DNA of 64,000 nucleotides from an uncultured delta proteobacterium (lineage in GTDB: Bacteria > Desulfobacterota > Desulfobacteria > Desulfobacterales > UBA11574). Where the stretch lies: NCBI GenBank assembly GCA_963778575.1, contig CAVZUV010000003.1:17903-81902 (forward strand), in the 5' to 3' direction. Under the pieces are notes generated by a model. The model was not told where the DNA came from, made no database searches, and was given only the letters and a program-made list of their open reading frames with translations. The position numbers and the translations under genes were made by a program. The number at the start of each line of letters is the position of its first letter. Position 1 is the first letter of the stretch. This document shows positions 49,499 through 59,818 of this stretch, one piece after another.

Positions 49499-50815
49499 AT
49501 GATCGGCGGCGGGTTCGGAAATATATTCAAAATACCGGAACTGAAAAAACGGATCCTCTTTACATTGGGGATTGCTTATCGTCTATCGTGTGGGGGTCCA
49601 TGTTCCGACTCCGGGGATAGACGCTGTGGCGCTTGCTTCATTTTTTCACAAGCAAAAGGGACACTTCTCGGTCTTTTTGACATGTTTTCCGGAGGCGCTT
49701 TAGAGAGACTATCCGTTTTTGCTCTCGGAATCATGCCTTATATCAGCGCAGCGATTATACTTGAACTGTTGACGGTGACGATACCGCATCTTGAACGCTT
49801 GTCCAAAGAGGGCGAACAGGGACGGAAAAAAATCACGCAGTATACTCGTTATGGAACGATTCTCTTGAGTGTCATCCAAGGATTCGGCATCAGCGTCGGT
49901 CTTGAACAAATGAGTTCACCCGGAGGGGCACCCGTGGTTATTATCCCGGGATGGGGATTTAGAATCATGACGGTGATCACCTTGACCGCGGGGACGGCAT
50001 TCATCATGTGGCTGGGCGAACAGATTACCGAACGGGGAATCGGCAATGGCATTTCTCTTATCATATTTGCAGGGATTATCGCCCGAATGCCGAACGCCAT
50101 CGGAAATACCTTCCGACTGCTTTCAACCGGCGAGATGGGGACGTTTGCCATACTCATATTGATTGTTCTGATGGTGGCGGTGGTGGCGTTTATTGTATAC
50201 ATGGAACAGGGCCAGCGGCGAATATCGGTTCAATATGCCAAAAGAGTCGTCGGCCGAAAAATGTATGGTGGTCAGAGCACGCATCTGCCGTTAAAGGTTA
50301 ATACATCCGGCGTGATACCACCGATTTTCGCTTCATCTATCATCATGTTTCCCGCAACCATGGCCAGTTTTTTCGCCGTTCCCTGGATGCGATCCGTGGC
50401 TTCAGCCATGAGACCCGGTAATATTGTATATGAATTGTTGTATGTGGGGTTTATTTTCTTTTTCTGCTATTTTTATACTGCGATTACTTTTAATCCGACC
50501 GACGTTGCAGATAATATGAAGAAACAAGGCGGATATATTCCGGGCATCCGTCCGGGTAAGCGAACGGCAGATTATATCGATAGGGTCTTGACCCGTATTA
50601 CCTTGGGCGGCGCCATATATGTTTCTGCAGTATGCGTATTGCCGTCTGTTTTGATGACCAAGTTTAATGTTCCTTTTTATTTTGGCGGGACTGCCCTTTT
50701 AATCGTTGTCGGAGTTGCTATCGATACCATTCAGCAAATAGAATCTCACATGTTGACTCGGCATTACGAAGGATTTTTGAAGAAAGGCAGTGGCAGAACG
50801 AAAGGAAGATTCTAA
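49499..50815 (+). CDS. secY: Preprotein translocase SecY (with ~29 codons read out of the conserved frame near the N-terminus)
   Basis: 438 aa. The conserved SecY sequence runs from [31 protein letters not shown] onward. Residues ~24-53 are non-SecY-like, but the adjacent frame encodes the canonical TM1 (see the secY finding). Confidence 0.9.
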   Translation: MIGGGFGNIFKIPELKKRILFTLGIAYRLSCGGPCSDSGDRRCGACFIFSQAKGTLLGLFDMFSGGALERLSVFALGIMPYISAAIILELLTVTIPHLERLSKEGEQGRKKITQYTRYGTILLSVIQGFGISVGLEQMSSPGGAPVVIIPGWGFRIMTVITLTAGTAFIMWLGEQITERGIGNGISLIIFAGIIARMPNAIGNTFRLLSTGEMGTFAILILIVLMVAVVAFIVYMEQGQRRISVQYAKRVVGRKMYGGQSTHLPLKVNTSGVIPPIFASSIIMFPATMASFFAVPWMRSVASAMRPGNIVYELLYVGFIFFFCYFYTAITFNPTDVADNMKKQGGYIPGIRPGKRTADYIDRVLTRITLGGAIYVSAVCVLPSVLMTKFNVPFYFGGTALLIVVGVAIDTIQQIESHMLTRHYEGFLKKGSGRTKGRF

Positions 50816-50845
50816 TATTTTTGGCGAACAGGCTTTGGGGGATAT

Positions 50846-51064
50846 ATGCCGAAAGAAGAGGCGATTAAAGTTGAAGGCACGGTGCTTGAGACGTTGCCCA
50901 ATGCAATGTTCAAAGTAGAACTCGAGAATAAGCACCAGGTACTCGCACATATTTCCGGGAAAATGCGTATGCATTTTATTAAAATATTGCCCGGAGATAA
51001 AGTTACGGTTGAACTTTCTCCATATGATCTATCTCGCGGAAGAATAACATACCGGTCAAAATAA
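50846..51064 (+). CDS. infA: Translation initiation factor IF-1
   Basis: 72 aa, [32 protein letters not shown]. Confidence 0.97.
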   Translation: MPKEEAIKVEGTVLETLPNAMFKVELENKHQVLAHISGKMRMHFIKILPGDKVTVELSPYDLSRGRITYRSK

Positions 51065-51079
51065 AAATAAGAGGTGATC

Positions 51080-51130
51080 GGTTATGGGCAATAGGTCATA
51101 GGTCATGGATTAATCGGGTTATACCCATTA
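51080..51130. repeat. Word-repeat element in the infA-rpmJ spacer, related to 28886..28973
   Basis: GGTTATGGGCAATAGGTCATAGGTCATGG, followed by CGGGTTATACCCATTA. It shares 10-11-nt words with the reverse complement of the rplL-rpoB spacer element. Confidence 0.55.
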
Positions 51131-51152
51131 CACTGCTGAAGGAGTGTTGCAA

Positions 51153-51266
51153 ATGAAAGTCAGAGCATCGGTTAAAAAAATATGCGCCAAGTGCAAAATT
51201 GTTCGCAGAAAAGGCGTCGTTAGAGTTATTTGCGAGAATAAGAGACACAAACAGAGGCAAGGATAA
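51153..51266 (+). CDS. rpmJ: 50S ribosomal protein L36
   Basis: Own translation [37 protein letters not shown] (37 aa). It is below the ORF-track cutoff. Confidence 0.93.
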   Translation: MKVRASVKKICAKCKIVRRKGVVRVICENKRHKQRQG

Positions 51267-51280
51267 AAGGAGGATATGCT

Positions 51281-51664
51281 TTGGCAAGAATTGCAGGGGT
51301 AGATCTGCCGAGACGTAAACGGATTGAAGTAGGACTGACATATATCTATGGTATCGGTCCAAGTATATCAAAGCGCATACTTCAGCAGCTCAAAATCAAT
51401 CCTGATACCAAGACCGATGATTTGTCGGAGACCGAAGTCAACAGTATCCGTAAATTTATTGACGGGGAATATAAAGTTGAAGGAGAGCTTCGCACTCAGG
51501 TTTCGATGAATATCAAAAGATTGATGGATCTTGGAGCATACCGAGGACTTCGACATAGAAAATCGCTGCCGGTGCGGGGGCAGAGAACCAGTACAAATGC
51601 CCGAACACGAAAAGGTCCCAGGAGGTCGGCTATAAAGAAGAAAGGCGGCGCTAAGAAAAAATAA
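51281..51664 (+). CDS. rpsM: 30S ribosomal protein S13
   Basis: ARIAGVDLP...[18 protein letters not shown] start. Confidence 0.97.
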   Translation: MARIAGVDLPRRKRIEVGLTYIYGIGPSISKRILQQLKINPDTKTDDLSETEVNSIRKFIDGEYKVEGELRTQVSMNIKRLMDLGAYRGLRHRKSLPVRGQRTSTNARTRKGPRRSAIKKKGGAKKK

Positions 51665-51739
51665 AACGTTAATGGAATTCGTCATTCAGATGGATAAGAT
51701 CAATGATGGATAACGAATCGGTTGACAGGAGCATAATAG

Positions 51740-52126
51740 ATGGCAAAAAAGATTCGAAGCAAAAAAAAGGAAAAGAAGAATATACCCAGCGGAGTTGTTC
51801 ATATTCAGTCCACATTTAACAATACGATCATTACCATTACAGATCCCGCGGGAAATGTGATTTCCTGGTCGAGCTCAGGGGTCCAAGGTTTTAAAGGGTC
51901 GCGAAAGAGCACCCCGTTTGCCGCCCAAATTGCCGCGGAGGATGCCGCTAAGAAGGCAATGGAGCATGGAATGAAAAATGTTGAGGTATACGTAAAAGGT
52001 CCGGGTTCCGGGCGAGAGTCCGCTCTTCGATCTTTGCAGGCGGCCGGGTTCAACGTTTTAATGATTAAGGATGTCACACCGATACCCCACAATGGTTGTC
52101 GACCTCCCAAAAGAAGAAGAGTTTAA
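51740..52126 (+). CDS. rpsK: 30S ribosomal protein S11
   Basis: [18 protein letters not shown]...[12 protein letters not shown]. Confidence 0.97.
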   Translation: MAKKIRSKKKEKKNIPSGVVHIQSTFNNTIITITDPAGNVISWSSSGVQGFKGSRKSTPFAAQIAAEDAAKKAMEHGMKNVEVYVKGPGSGRESALRSLQAAGFNVLMIKDVTPIPHNGCRPPKRRRV

Positions 52127-52179
52127 TTTTTTGAAGATATTGGCAAAAAAATCACAAACAAACGATTAAGGAGGAGTAC

Positions 52180-52809
52180 TTGGCTCGATATACTGGTTCG
52201 GTATGCCGGCTGTGCCGGCGAGAAAATTTAAAATTGTTCCTAAAAGGAGATCGTTGCTATTCCGATAAATGTGCTTTTGATCGACGTGGATATCCGCCTG
52301 GTGAGCATGGGCAGAGGCGCGGCAGGAAAATTTCTGATTACGGAATTCAGCTTAGAGAGAAACAGAAGGTTAAACGAATATACGGTCTTTCAGAAAAACA
52401 GTTTAATCTGTTTTTTAAAAGGGCGGATAAACAGAAAGGTATCACCGGCACAAATCTTCTGGTATTTTTGGAACGCAGGCTTGATAATGTTGTGTATCGA
52501 TTGGGTTTTGTTAATTCACGTTCTCAGGGCCGCCACTTTGTAAGACATAATCATTTTCTTATCAATAGCAATAAAATTAACATTCCGTCGTATCTCATTA
52601 AAATCGGGGATGTAGTGGAAATTCGGGAAAAAAGTCGCAAGGTTCGACCCATTGAAGATGCCCTTGATGCCGTCGTACGAAGAGGCGTTCCTCAGTGGCT
52701 TGACCTGGAGAAAGACAACATGAAAGGAATTATCAAAAATTTTCCTTCTCGGGAAGATATAACAACACCTATCCAGGAACAATTTATAGTTGAACTTTAT
52801 TCCAAGTAA
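52180..52809 (+). CDS. rpsD: 30S ribosomal protein S4
   Basis: [14 protein letters not shown]...[17 protein letters not shown] start. Confidence 0.97.
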   Translation: MARYTGSVCRLCRRENLKLFLKGDRCYSDKCAFDRRGYPPGEHGQRRGRKISDYGIQLREKQKVKRIYGLSEKQFNLFFKRADKQKGITGTNLLVFLERRLDNVVYRLGFVNSRSQGRHFVRHNHFLINSNKINIPSYLIKIGDVVEIREKSRKVRPIEDALDAVVRRGVPQWLDLEKDNMKGIIKNFPSREDITTPIQEQFIVELYSK

Positions 52810-52906
52810 CTCAATAGGTAAGGTATGTTACATTTAGAATGCGACGCTGAAGAGATTTCATATGGCATTCATACCCTTCCGATAATCCTCTGAAAAAACT
52901 GGAGAA

Positions 52907-53932
52907 ATGATTATGGCATCAAATGAACTTATGTACATGAACTGGCGAGATATGATACGGCCGGAAAAGGTTCAGGTAACCAGCAAACCTACCTATGGAA
53001 AGTTCGTTTGTGAACCTCTTGAAAGAGGATTCGGTATAACAATAGGAAATTCATTAAGAAGGATTATTCTTTCTTCTCTTTACGGAGCCGCAATAACATC
53101 CGTAAAATTCGAAGGTGTTATGCACGAATTCAGCGTTATTCCAGGAATATATGAAGATGTGTCCGAGATTATTCTTAATTTAAAAGAGGTTCGCTTTAAA
53201 CTTTCCGATCCTGAGCCCAAAGCAGTGAGAATTGATTTGGAAGGGAAGAGAGAAGTCACTGCAGGTGATATTATCAGCGATGACGGAAAGTGCGAGGTGC
53301 TGAATCCTGAACAACACATTGCAACAATTTCAGATGAAACAAAACTGAATATAGCCATGACTGTAAAGATCGGCAAAGGATATTCATTGTCCGAATCGAA
53401 CAAAGATGAAGACGCCCCTTTAGGTACCATTCCCGTTGATTCCGTTTTTTCACCGATTAAGCGGGTATCATATGTCGTTAGTAATGCACGTGTCGGACAG
53501 AGGACTGATTATGACAAACTTACCCTTGAAGTCTGGACAGATGGAAGTATTTCGCCAGAAGACGCGGTGGCCTATGCAGCCAAGATATTAAAGGAGCAGA
53601 TGACGATCTTTATTGATTTTGATGAAGATCTTGAGCCGGAACCTCCTAAAAAAGCTACAGAAAAGGAAAAACCCAAATTTAATGAAAATCTTTATAGAAG
53701 TGTTGAAGAACTCGAGCTTTCAGTTCGCAGTGCTAACTGTTTAAAGAATGCAAACATCGTCAAGATTTATCAATTGGTCAATAAAACAGAGGCAGAGATG
53801 CTCAAAACCAAAAACTTTGGAAGAAAATCATTAAATGAGATCAAGGAAGTGTTAAGCGAAATGGACCTCTCTCTTGGAATGAAACTGGAAGGGTTTGAGC
53901 CGCCTGAGGATGATAAAGAGGAAGGAGAGTAA
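52907..53932 (+). CDS. rpoA: DNA-directed RNA polymerase subunit alpha
   Basis: EPLERGFGITIGNSLRRIILSSL plus the C-terminal domain ELELSVRSANCLKNANI. ATG 52913 has better Shine-Dalgarno spacing. Confidence 0.97.
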   Translation: MIMASNELMYMNWRDMIRPEKVQVTSKPTYGKFVCEPLERGFGITIGNSLRRIILSSLYGAAITSVKFEGVMHEFSVIPGIYEDVSEIILNLKEVRFKLSDPEPKAVRIDLEGKREVTAGDIISDDGKCEVLNPEQHIATISDETKLNIAMTVKIGKGYSLSESNKDEDAPLGTIPVDSVFSPIKRVSYVVSNARVGQRTDYDKLTLEVWTDGSISPEDAVAYAAKILKEQMTIFIDFDEDLEPEPPKKATEKEKPKFNENLYRSVEELELSVRSANCLKNANIVKIYQLVNKTEAEMLKTKNFGRKSLNEIKEVLSEMDLSLGMKLEGFEPPEDDKEEGE

Positions 53933-53940
53933 TTAGTCCA

Positions 53941-54666
53941 ATGAGACATCGAAAAGCGAGTTTAAAATTAAGCAGAACAAGCAGTCACAGGGACGCCATG
54001 TTCAGGAATATGGTGACTTCTTTGTTTAAACACCAGCGTATCCGAACAACTGACGTAAAAGCAAAAGAATTAAGACGCTGGGCAGATAATCTGATCACAT
54101 TGGCGAAACGCAATGATATCCATGCCAGGCGACAGGCTCTTTCAATCCTCAGAGAAAAAGAAGTCGTTCATAAGCTATTTGCAGAAGCTTCTGAAAAGTA
54201 TGGCACCCGGTCAGGCGGTTACACTCGAATCATTAAACTGGGGAGGCGACCCGGTGACGCTTCACCGATTTCAATGGTTGAATTGATATTTATCGAAGAC
54301 GAGACGAAGAAGAAAACGAAAAAGAAAAAGACTGCCAAGACTCCGGTTGAAAAAAGAAAAATTGCCAAGAAAAAGGATGTAACAGAAGACGTTCAGACGG
54401 AAGAAATTAAATCCGCAGATACGGAAATTGAAGAATCGAAGGCCGGTGAAGATGATAAAATAGGGCAGGAAATAAATGAAGAAAATAAAAAAATAGAACA
54501 AGCTGCGCCTGATGACAAGACGGCGTCTTTGGAACCCGATACAGCTTCTGAGAGTGCGGGTGAAAACGCAGATGATCTAAGCGTGGATCCGGTTGACTCA
54601 GAAGAATCCGTGACGGAAAGCAAAAAGACTGAAGATGACCAGGAAGACACCGAAACCAAAGAATAA
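53941..54666 (+). CDS. rplQ: 50S ribosomal protein L17 with a ~120-aa Lys/Glu/Asp-rich C-terminal extension
   Basis: MRHRKASLKLSRTSSHRDAMFRNM...GGYTRIIKLGRRPGD, followed by a low-complexity tail. Confidence 0.93.
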   Translation: MRHRKASLKLSRTSSHRDAMFRNMVTSLFKHQRIRTTDVKAKELRRWADNLITLAKRNDIHARRQALSILREKEVVHKLFAEASEKYGTRSGGYTRIIKLGRRPGDASPISMVELIFIEDETKKKTKKKKTAKTPVEKRKIAKKKDVTEDVQTEEIKSADTEIEESKAGEDDKIGQEINEENKKIEQAAPDDKTASLEPDTASESAGENADDLSVDPVDSEESVTESKKTEDDQEDTETKE

Positions 54667-54699
54667 TCCGGACTGTATAATTACAAAAGATATTTTCTT

Positions 54700-54733
54700 A
54701 AAAGCCTTGTCTGAAAAGACAAGGCTTTTTTTG
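54700..54733 (+). terminator. Rho-independent terminator after rplQ
   Basis: GCCTTGTCT (54704..54712), loop GAAA, AGACAAGGC (54717..54725), then TTTTTTT. Confidence 0.85.
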
Positions 54734-54792
54734 GGCATAATACAAAGAAGATTATCCGGTGTGAGGGAGAAAAGTGGTCATCATTTGAGGCG

Positions 54793-55620
54793 TCAAAAAA
54801 GCGCCTCGATGAATCGCGTCATTTCCGAAAGGACGGTATCTTTGGCTTGAAAATGAGGCGTGTGCCCGCAGTTCGGAATCAGTTTGACATGTACCGGTCC
54901 GGATACCCCTCGGGCGATCCCTTCAACCTGAGCACGTGTTCCATATTCATCGTCTTCGCCTTGGATCAAAAGAACCGGACAGGTGATGTTAGGAAGTTCT
55001 TTTCGGATATTCCAGTTGCGATATTCGGATGACAGCCATCTGTCGGCCCATCGGTAAAAAATGGTCATCGTATTTTCTTTGTAATACCGAAGAAGCTTTT
55101 CTTTCAAAGAGGTAGTTTCAAAGGCTTGTACCGTTTTATGAATTCCTTCGATGGTTATTTGTTCGACAAAGATATGCGCTGCTTCAGTAATAATCCCTTT
55201 CACCAGATTACGGTGGGAAGCCGCGGTGATCAGTGCAATGGTACCCCCGTCACTATGTCCGACGAGGACGGCATTCTCAATGCTGCATTCCTTTAACAGT
55301 TCGGGCAAATATAACAAAGATTCTATTTGTAAATAATCCACCGGCCATGGTCCTTCAAATTTCTCGGATCGGCCGTAACCTTTTCTGTCGTAAATTAAAC
55401 CATGGCATCCGACAGACTTGCAGAGTGTTTCCGGAAAATCCCGCCACATTTCGATGCACCCTAAGCCTTCATGAAGAAAAACAATTGTGGCTGAATCCGC
55501 TGTATGTGGGGAGGTCTTTGGTTCGATGCGTTTAACTCGGAGTCGACATCCGGCAGCCGACACATCAAATGATCGGGTATAAACAGCATTATTTTCTTTA
55601 AAATGTTTTGCCATTATCAA
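54793..55620 (-). CDS. Alpha/beta-fold hydrolase
   Basis: 275 aa with the nucleophile elbow GHSDGG, HEGLG, and a C-terminal CGHTPH. Confidence 0.8.
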   Translation of the reverse strand: MIMAKHFKENNAVYTRSFDVSAAGCRLRVKRIEPKTSPHTADSATIVFLHEGLGCIEMWRDFPETLCKSVGCHGLIYDRKGYGRSEKFEGPWPVDYLQIESLLYLPELLKECSIENAVLVGHSDGGTIALITAASHRNLVKGIITEAAHIFVEQITIEGIHKTVQAFETTSLKEKLLRYYKENTMTIFYRWADRWLSSEYRNWNIRKELPNITCPVLLIQGEDDEYGTRAQVEGIARGVSGPVHVKLIPNCGHTPHFQAKDTVLSEMTRFIEALF

Positions 55621-55749
55621 TTTAAAAAAAGACGCCTCATTAAATAAAATAACTTGTAACGTTCAAAGAGAGACTGTAAAAAACAGATCTCCGAGATTAA
55701 AAGTGTAAGCGTCCAAATTTTAAAAGTCAAATAATATCATTTAACTCCA

Positions 55750-56682
55750 ATGGATATTGTAACTACGATAATTCCGATATTTGCCATAATATTTCTGGGT
55801 TGGTTCGCCCGCATGAAGGGATTTATTCAGCCGGAATTTTTAGAGCCGGCAAACCGGCTGGTGTATTATCTCGCGATACCCGCATTGATTTTTCACGCCA
55901 TTTCAAAAGCTTCGTTAAAGACTCAGTTTAATCTAACCGTTCTGTTTATTGCCCTTTTATCGGTTCTGGCTGTTTTTGCCGTTGCATGGGGTGTGGGTGT
56001 GTTCTGGCGTATTAAAAGAAAAGAGCTGGGAACGTTTATTCAGACTTCGTTTCATGGGAACTTGGGGTATATAGGACTTGCCGTATCTTATTATTCCCTC
56101 GGCCACGATGGGTTTGTGAGAGCCAGTATTATTGCGGGATTTGTCATGATATTACAGAATTTTCTTGCGGTGATCGTCCTTCAAGTTAATGCTGATAATA
56201 TATCAATCTCGGAGAATAAACGAGATATCCTGAAAAGGATACTCGTCAACCCTGTAATTCTCTCGGCATTGGCGGGCATTCTATTCTCCTCGACAGGATT
56301 AAGGTCGCCGCTGGTTATCAGTAGAAGCTTGGATATTTTGAGCGGACTTGCGCTTCCAATGGCGTTAATCCTCATCGGAGCTTCTCTTTCTTTCAGATTG
56401 ATGAAGTTAAAGATTTTACGCATCTTTTCCTCAAGTTTCTTGAAACTGATTTTACTTCCGTGTCTGGGTTTTATATTTTTTCGTTTGTTCGATATAGATC
56501 TTAAAAATTATCTCCCGGCCCTTATTCTGCTGGCATCACCCACTGCCACTATAACCTATGTCATGGCCGGAGAAATGAACGGCGATACGGATTTTGCCGT
56601 TGCAGCGGTTTCCACCTGCACCATGTTGTCCGCTATAACGTTCTCCATATGGCTGCATATTGCGCGTATTGCGACTATGTGA
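55750..56682 (+). CDS. AEC (auxin efflux carrier) family transporter
   Basis: A 310-aa polytopic membrane protein with the typical N-terminus IIPIFAIIFLGW and an internal duplication pattern. Confidence 0.75.
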   Translation: MDIVTTIIPIFAIIFLGWFARMKGFIQPEFLEPANRLVYYLAIPALIFHAISKASLKTQFNLTVLFIALLSVLAVFAVAWGVGVFWRIKRKELGTFIQTSFHGNLGYIGLAVSYYSLGHDGFVRASIIAGFVMILQNFLAVIVLQVNADNISISENKRDILKRILVNPVILSALAGILFSSTGLRSPLVISRSLDILSGLALPMALILIGASLSFRLMKLKILRIFSSSFLKLILLPCLGFIFFRLFDIDLKNYLPALILLASPTATITYVMAGEMNGDTDFAVAAVSTCTMLSAITFSIWLHIARIATM

Positions 56683-56784
56683 AGGCTAAATATCTTTTTC
56701 TCATTAGATCGACTAAAAATATTTAAACCTTTTCAGAGATCCGGCGTCTAAAGGCGTAAAAGCTTTCATAAGGAGATTTGAAAA

Positions 56785-57120
56785 ATGAAAAAGAGAAATT
56801 TAATCATTATTATTATCGCATCGCTTTTTTCGCTGATATTTATCTTGCCTTCGGCTTGGGCGGGAAGCCCCCGGCAATATCGATGGAAGGGTGCTGCCAT
56901 CGGCGTTGGAGCAGCGATTGCCGGTAGCGTGTTGTTGAACAATTGTTTATATGCACACCCGCCAACGAGGGTGGAATACCGGTATATGAACCTTCATCGT
57001 CACAGATATTATTATTTTCCACCGAGACATCAAAGACTTTGGGAAGTGCGAAAAAGATGGGTTCGAAATCGCAGTCGCAGGGTATGGAATGCCGGCCACT
57101 ATCATCACTATGGCAGATAG
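56785..57120 (+). CDS. Small secreted protein, Gly-zipper plus Arg/His/Tyr/Trp-rich tail (unknown function)
   Basis: Signal peptide MKKRNLIIIIIASLFSLIFILPSAWA and AGGAG upstream. No family was recognised. Confidence 0.5.
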   Translation: MKKRNLIIIIIASLFSLIFILPSAWAGSPRQYRWKGAAIGVGAAIAGSVLLNNCLYAHPPTRVEYRYMNLHRHRYYYFPPRHQRLWEVRKRWVRNRSRRVWNAGHYHHYGR

Positions 57121-57186
57121 GTGTCCTAAAAATTAGCACATAAATTTTGCAAAATCCGGCTTTCTATCGAGGCCGGAACCCAGTCA

Positions 57187-57367
57187 AGATTTAATCTTAG
57201 GGAATATAATGAACAGAGGATTGTATTCAAGCGGTGTGTTATGGACATCAAAAGCGGGTGGCTCGAATCAGTCAGGCAACCCTGCCGCCGTTATCCTCTT
57301 AAATTTTAATCTAAGGATTTTAGGCCAGTGGCTTTGCGTCCCATCCTTTCGGATGGTTTGCCTTTAT
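57187..57367 (+). ncRNA. Candidate structured RNA in the spacer between convergent genes
   Basis: Nested pairings: AATCTTAG (57193..57200) with CTAAGGATT (57311..57319); AGAGGAT (57215..57221) with ATCCTCT (57293..57299); GGTGGC (57257..57262) with GCCGCC (57284..57289). A 3' hairpin CCATCC-TTTC-GGATGG (57341..57356) is followed by TTTGCCTTTAT. No family was recognised. Confidence 0.2.
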
Positions 57368-57419
57368 CCAACCTTAATAATATCGGATGTTTTTCAAAAG
57401 AACTTAAGTAAAAAATAAA

Positions 57420-58109
57420 TTAACTCATTGGAGCGAGGATATATTTACCTTCTTTTTCTTTGATTTTTATACCATAAATCTTTATGGTTTCCATGATCGG
57501 ACGTCCAAACAAAAAGTCCGTCAAATCAGGATCAAGGCCGGCTTTTTGAACAGAAAGCCCTCTGATCTTATTATCATATTCAATAATATTCAAGATGCCT
57601 TCGAGTGCTTCATTCCGATGATCTTTGTCCAGCGCATCGATATGCAATTTGAGCAGATCGTATGAGCATCGCGCCTGGTGATCTTCAACAAGTTCCCATA
57701 ATCCTTCAACGGAGGAAATAAGGTCTTTTCGCGTCAATCGGTTTTGGGAATAAATTCTTTGGATTTCTTCGGTATCCCAGCAGTTAAGAATTCTGCACTC
57801 CATGGGCCTATCGTCATATATGGTGCAGCCCTTATCTATTTCGTTAAAAAACACGCAGGTCCATGAACCTTTTTGTCCTTTTATTTTAAGAATATCCGAT
57901 GATGCCGGCAAAAAGCATTCTTTAATATTGTCATAGCAGCGTTCACCTTTTCTGATGGTATAAATATACTTTAATGGAATCATACCTTTTTCGATCAACA
58001 TCTTATCTTCAAGATGAAAAGAAGGTCCGCCTTTTTTACAGCAGGTGCCGCACCGGCGGCATTTTGCGGTTTTTGTTTTTGGTTCGGATTTTGACATATT
58101 TTGAGTCAT
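57420..58109 (-). CDS. YkgJ-family (UPF0153) cysteine-cluster protein
   Basis: CRRCGTCCKKGGP is the CxxCxxCC motif. Further Cys residues occur later in the protein. Confidence 0.7.
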   Translation of the reverse strand: MTQNMSKSEPKTKTAKCRRCGTCCKKGGPSFHLEDKMLIEKGMIPLKYIYTIRKGERCYDNIKECFLPASSDILKIKGQKGSWTCVFFNEIDKGCTIYDDRPMECRILNCWDTEEIQRIYSQNRLTRKDLISSVEGLWELVEDHQARCSYDLLKLHIDALDKDHRNEALEGILNIIEYDNKIRGLSVQKAGLDPDLTDFLFGRPIMETIKIYGIKIKEKEGKYILAPMS

Positions 58110-58114
58110 ATGGT

Positions 58115-59728
58115 TCAGTTCAAAATTTTTTCAAAAAAATCGTTCCCCTTATCATCTACAATAATGAACGCCGGAAAATCTTTTACGGTAATCAAAAAGA
58201 TGGCTTCCATTCCGAGCTCGGCATATTCCAAGGTTTCCACGTTCGTAATGCACTCTTTGCCGAGACGTGCTGCAGGACCGCCGATGGAACCCAAATAGAA
58301 TCCGCCGAATTTTTTGCATGATTGGGTGACTTCCTTCGAACGGTTTCCCTTGGCCAGCATGATCATGGAAGCACCATGCTCCTGAAAAATGGGAACATAG
58401 GGATCCATTCGGCCGGCAGTCGTGGGGCCGAATGATCCTGAGGGATATCCTTTGGGTGTTTTTGCCGGACCGGCATAATAGACGATGTGGTTTTTGAAAT
58501 ATTCCGGTAACCCTTCACCGCTATCCAAGCGCTCTTTTAGTTTGGCATGGGCAATATCCCGGGCCACCACAATTTTTCCTGTCAGGATCAAACGGGTCGC
58601 TATTGGATGTCGACTCAACTCTAACCGGATTTCATCCATCGGTCGATTGAGGTCGATGCAGACAGCGGCGGTGTCCGGTCCTTTGGGTTCGGGCAGATAC
58701 TTAGCAGGATCGGTTTCGAGACGTTCCAAGAAAATTCCTTGCCTTGTGATTTTTGCTTTGATATTGCGGTCTGCACTACAGCTAACGCCAAGGCCGATGG
58801 GGCAGGATGCGCCGTGTCTCGGCAACCTTACGACCCGGACGTCATGGCAGAAATATTTCCCGCCGAACTGCGCCCCGATACCGAGTTCCCGCGATATTTC
58901 GAGCAGCTCTTCCTCTAATGCTATATCCCGAAATGCACGGCCCCATCGATTTCCCGAGGTCGGAAGATGATCGAGATAGCCTGCCGATGCCAATTTGACT
59001 GTCTTAAGGTTGAGTTCAGCAGATGTTCCGCCCACGACAAATGCAAGATGGTAGGGAGGGCAAGCAGCGGTGCCGAGGGTTTTCATCTTGTTTTTCATAA
59101 ATGAGACCAGCTTTTCCGGGGTCAATGTCGCTTTGGTCTCTTGATACAGGTAGGTTTTGTTGGCGGATCCACCGCCCTTGGCAATGAAAAGAAAATGATA
59201 GGCATCTCCTTCGACCGCAAAGATATCGATTTGTGCCGGCAGGTTGCATGCGGTATTGACTTCATCATACATGGTCAGAGGTGCATTCTGAGAGTAGCGC
59301 AGGTTGTTGGTTATATAGGCATTAAAAATACCTTTTGAAAGTGCTTTCTCATCGCGAAAGCCGGTCCAGACCCGTTGTCCCTTTTTCCCCATGACGATGG
59401 CCGTGCCGGTATCCTGACACATGGGAAATATCCCTTCAGCGGAAATAACCGCATTTTTCAGCATTTCAAGGGCAACATAGCGATCATTGTCGGAGCTTTC
59501 AGGGTCATCAAAGATTTTTGCAAGAAGAGATAGATGTGAAGATCTCAGAAGATGGGAAACATCTTTAAAGGCGTGCTCGGCAAGAAGGGTTAATCCTTCC
59601 GGAGCGATGGTTAATATTTCGTTCCCCTGAAAAGCGTCCAGGGAAATATGGGCATCTGTCAGCAGACGATAGCCTGTGGTATCGTCTTTTAAAGGAAACA
59701 TATCCTGATATTCGAATTCAACCATCAT
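58115..59728 (-). CDS. fumA: Class I (Fe-S) fumarate hydratase
   Basis: 537 aa, colinear with E. coli FumA ([71 protein letters not shown]). Confidence 0.92.
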   Translation of the reverse strand: MMVEFEYQDMFPLKDDTTGYRLLTDAHISLDAFQGNEILTIAPEGLTLLAEHAFKDVSHLLRSSHLSLLAKIFDDPESSDNDRYVALEMLKNAVISAEGIFPMCQDTGTAIVMGKKGQRVWTGFRDEKALSKGIFNAYITNNLRYSQNAPLTMYDEVNTACNLPAQIDIFAVEGDAYHFLFIAKGGGSANKTYLYQETKATLTPEKLVSFMKNKMKTLGTAACPPYHLAFVVGGTSAELNLKTVKLASAGYLDHLPTSGNRWGRAFRDIALEEELLEISRELGIGAQFGGKYFCHDVRVVRLPRHGASCPIGLGVSCSADRNIKAKITRQGIFLERLETDPAKYLPEPKGPDTAAVCIDLNRPMDEIRLELSRHPIATRLILTGKIVVARDIAHAKLKERLDSGEGLPEYFKNHIVYYAGPAKTPKGYPSGSFGPTTAGRMDPYVPIFQEHGASMIMLAKGNRSKEVTQSCKKFGGFYLGSIGGPAARLGKECITNVETLEYAELGMEAIFLITVKDFPAFIIVDDKGNDFFEKILN

Positions 59729-59741
59729 TACTCTCCTTTAA

Positions 59742-59778
59742 ATAAAAAAGCCTTCCTTGTCGGAAGGCTTCTAAAAAA
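59742..59778 (-). terminator. Rho-independent terminator after the oxidoreductase operon
   Basis: On the minus strand: AAGCCTTCC-GACAA-GGAAGGCTT followed by TTTTATTT (plus-strand stem arms 59748..59756 and 59762..59770). Confidence 0.8.
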
Positions 59779-59818
59779 TCTGCTTACTTAGACTGTATTA
59801 TTTTTTGCGAAAGCCGAA

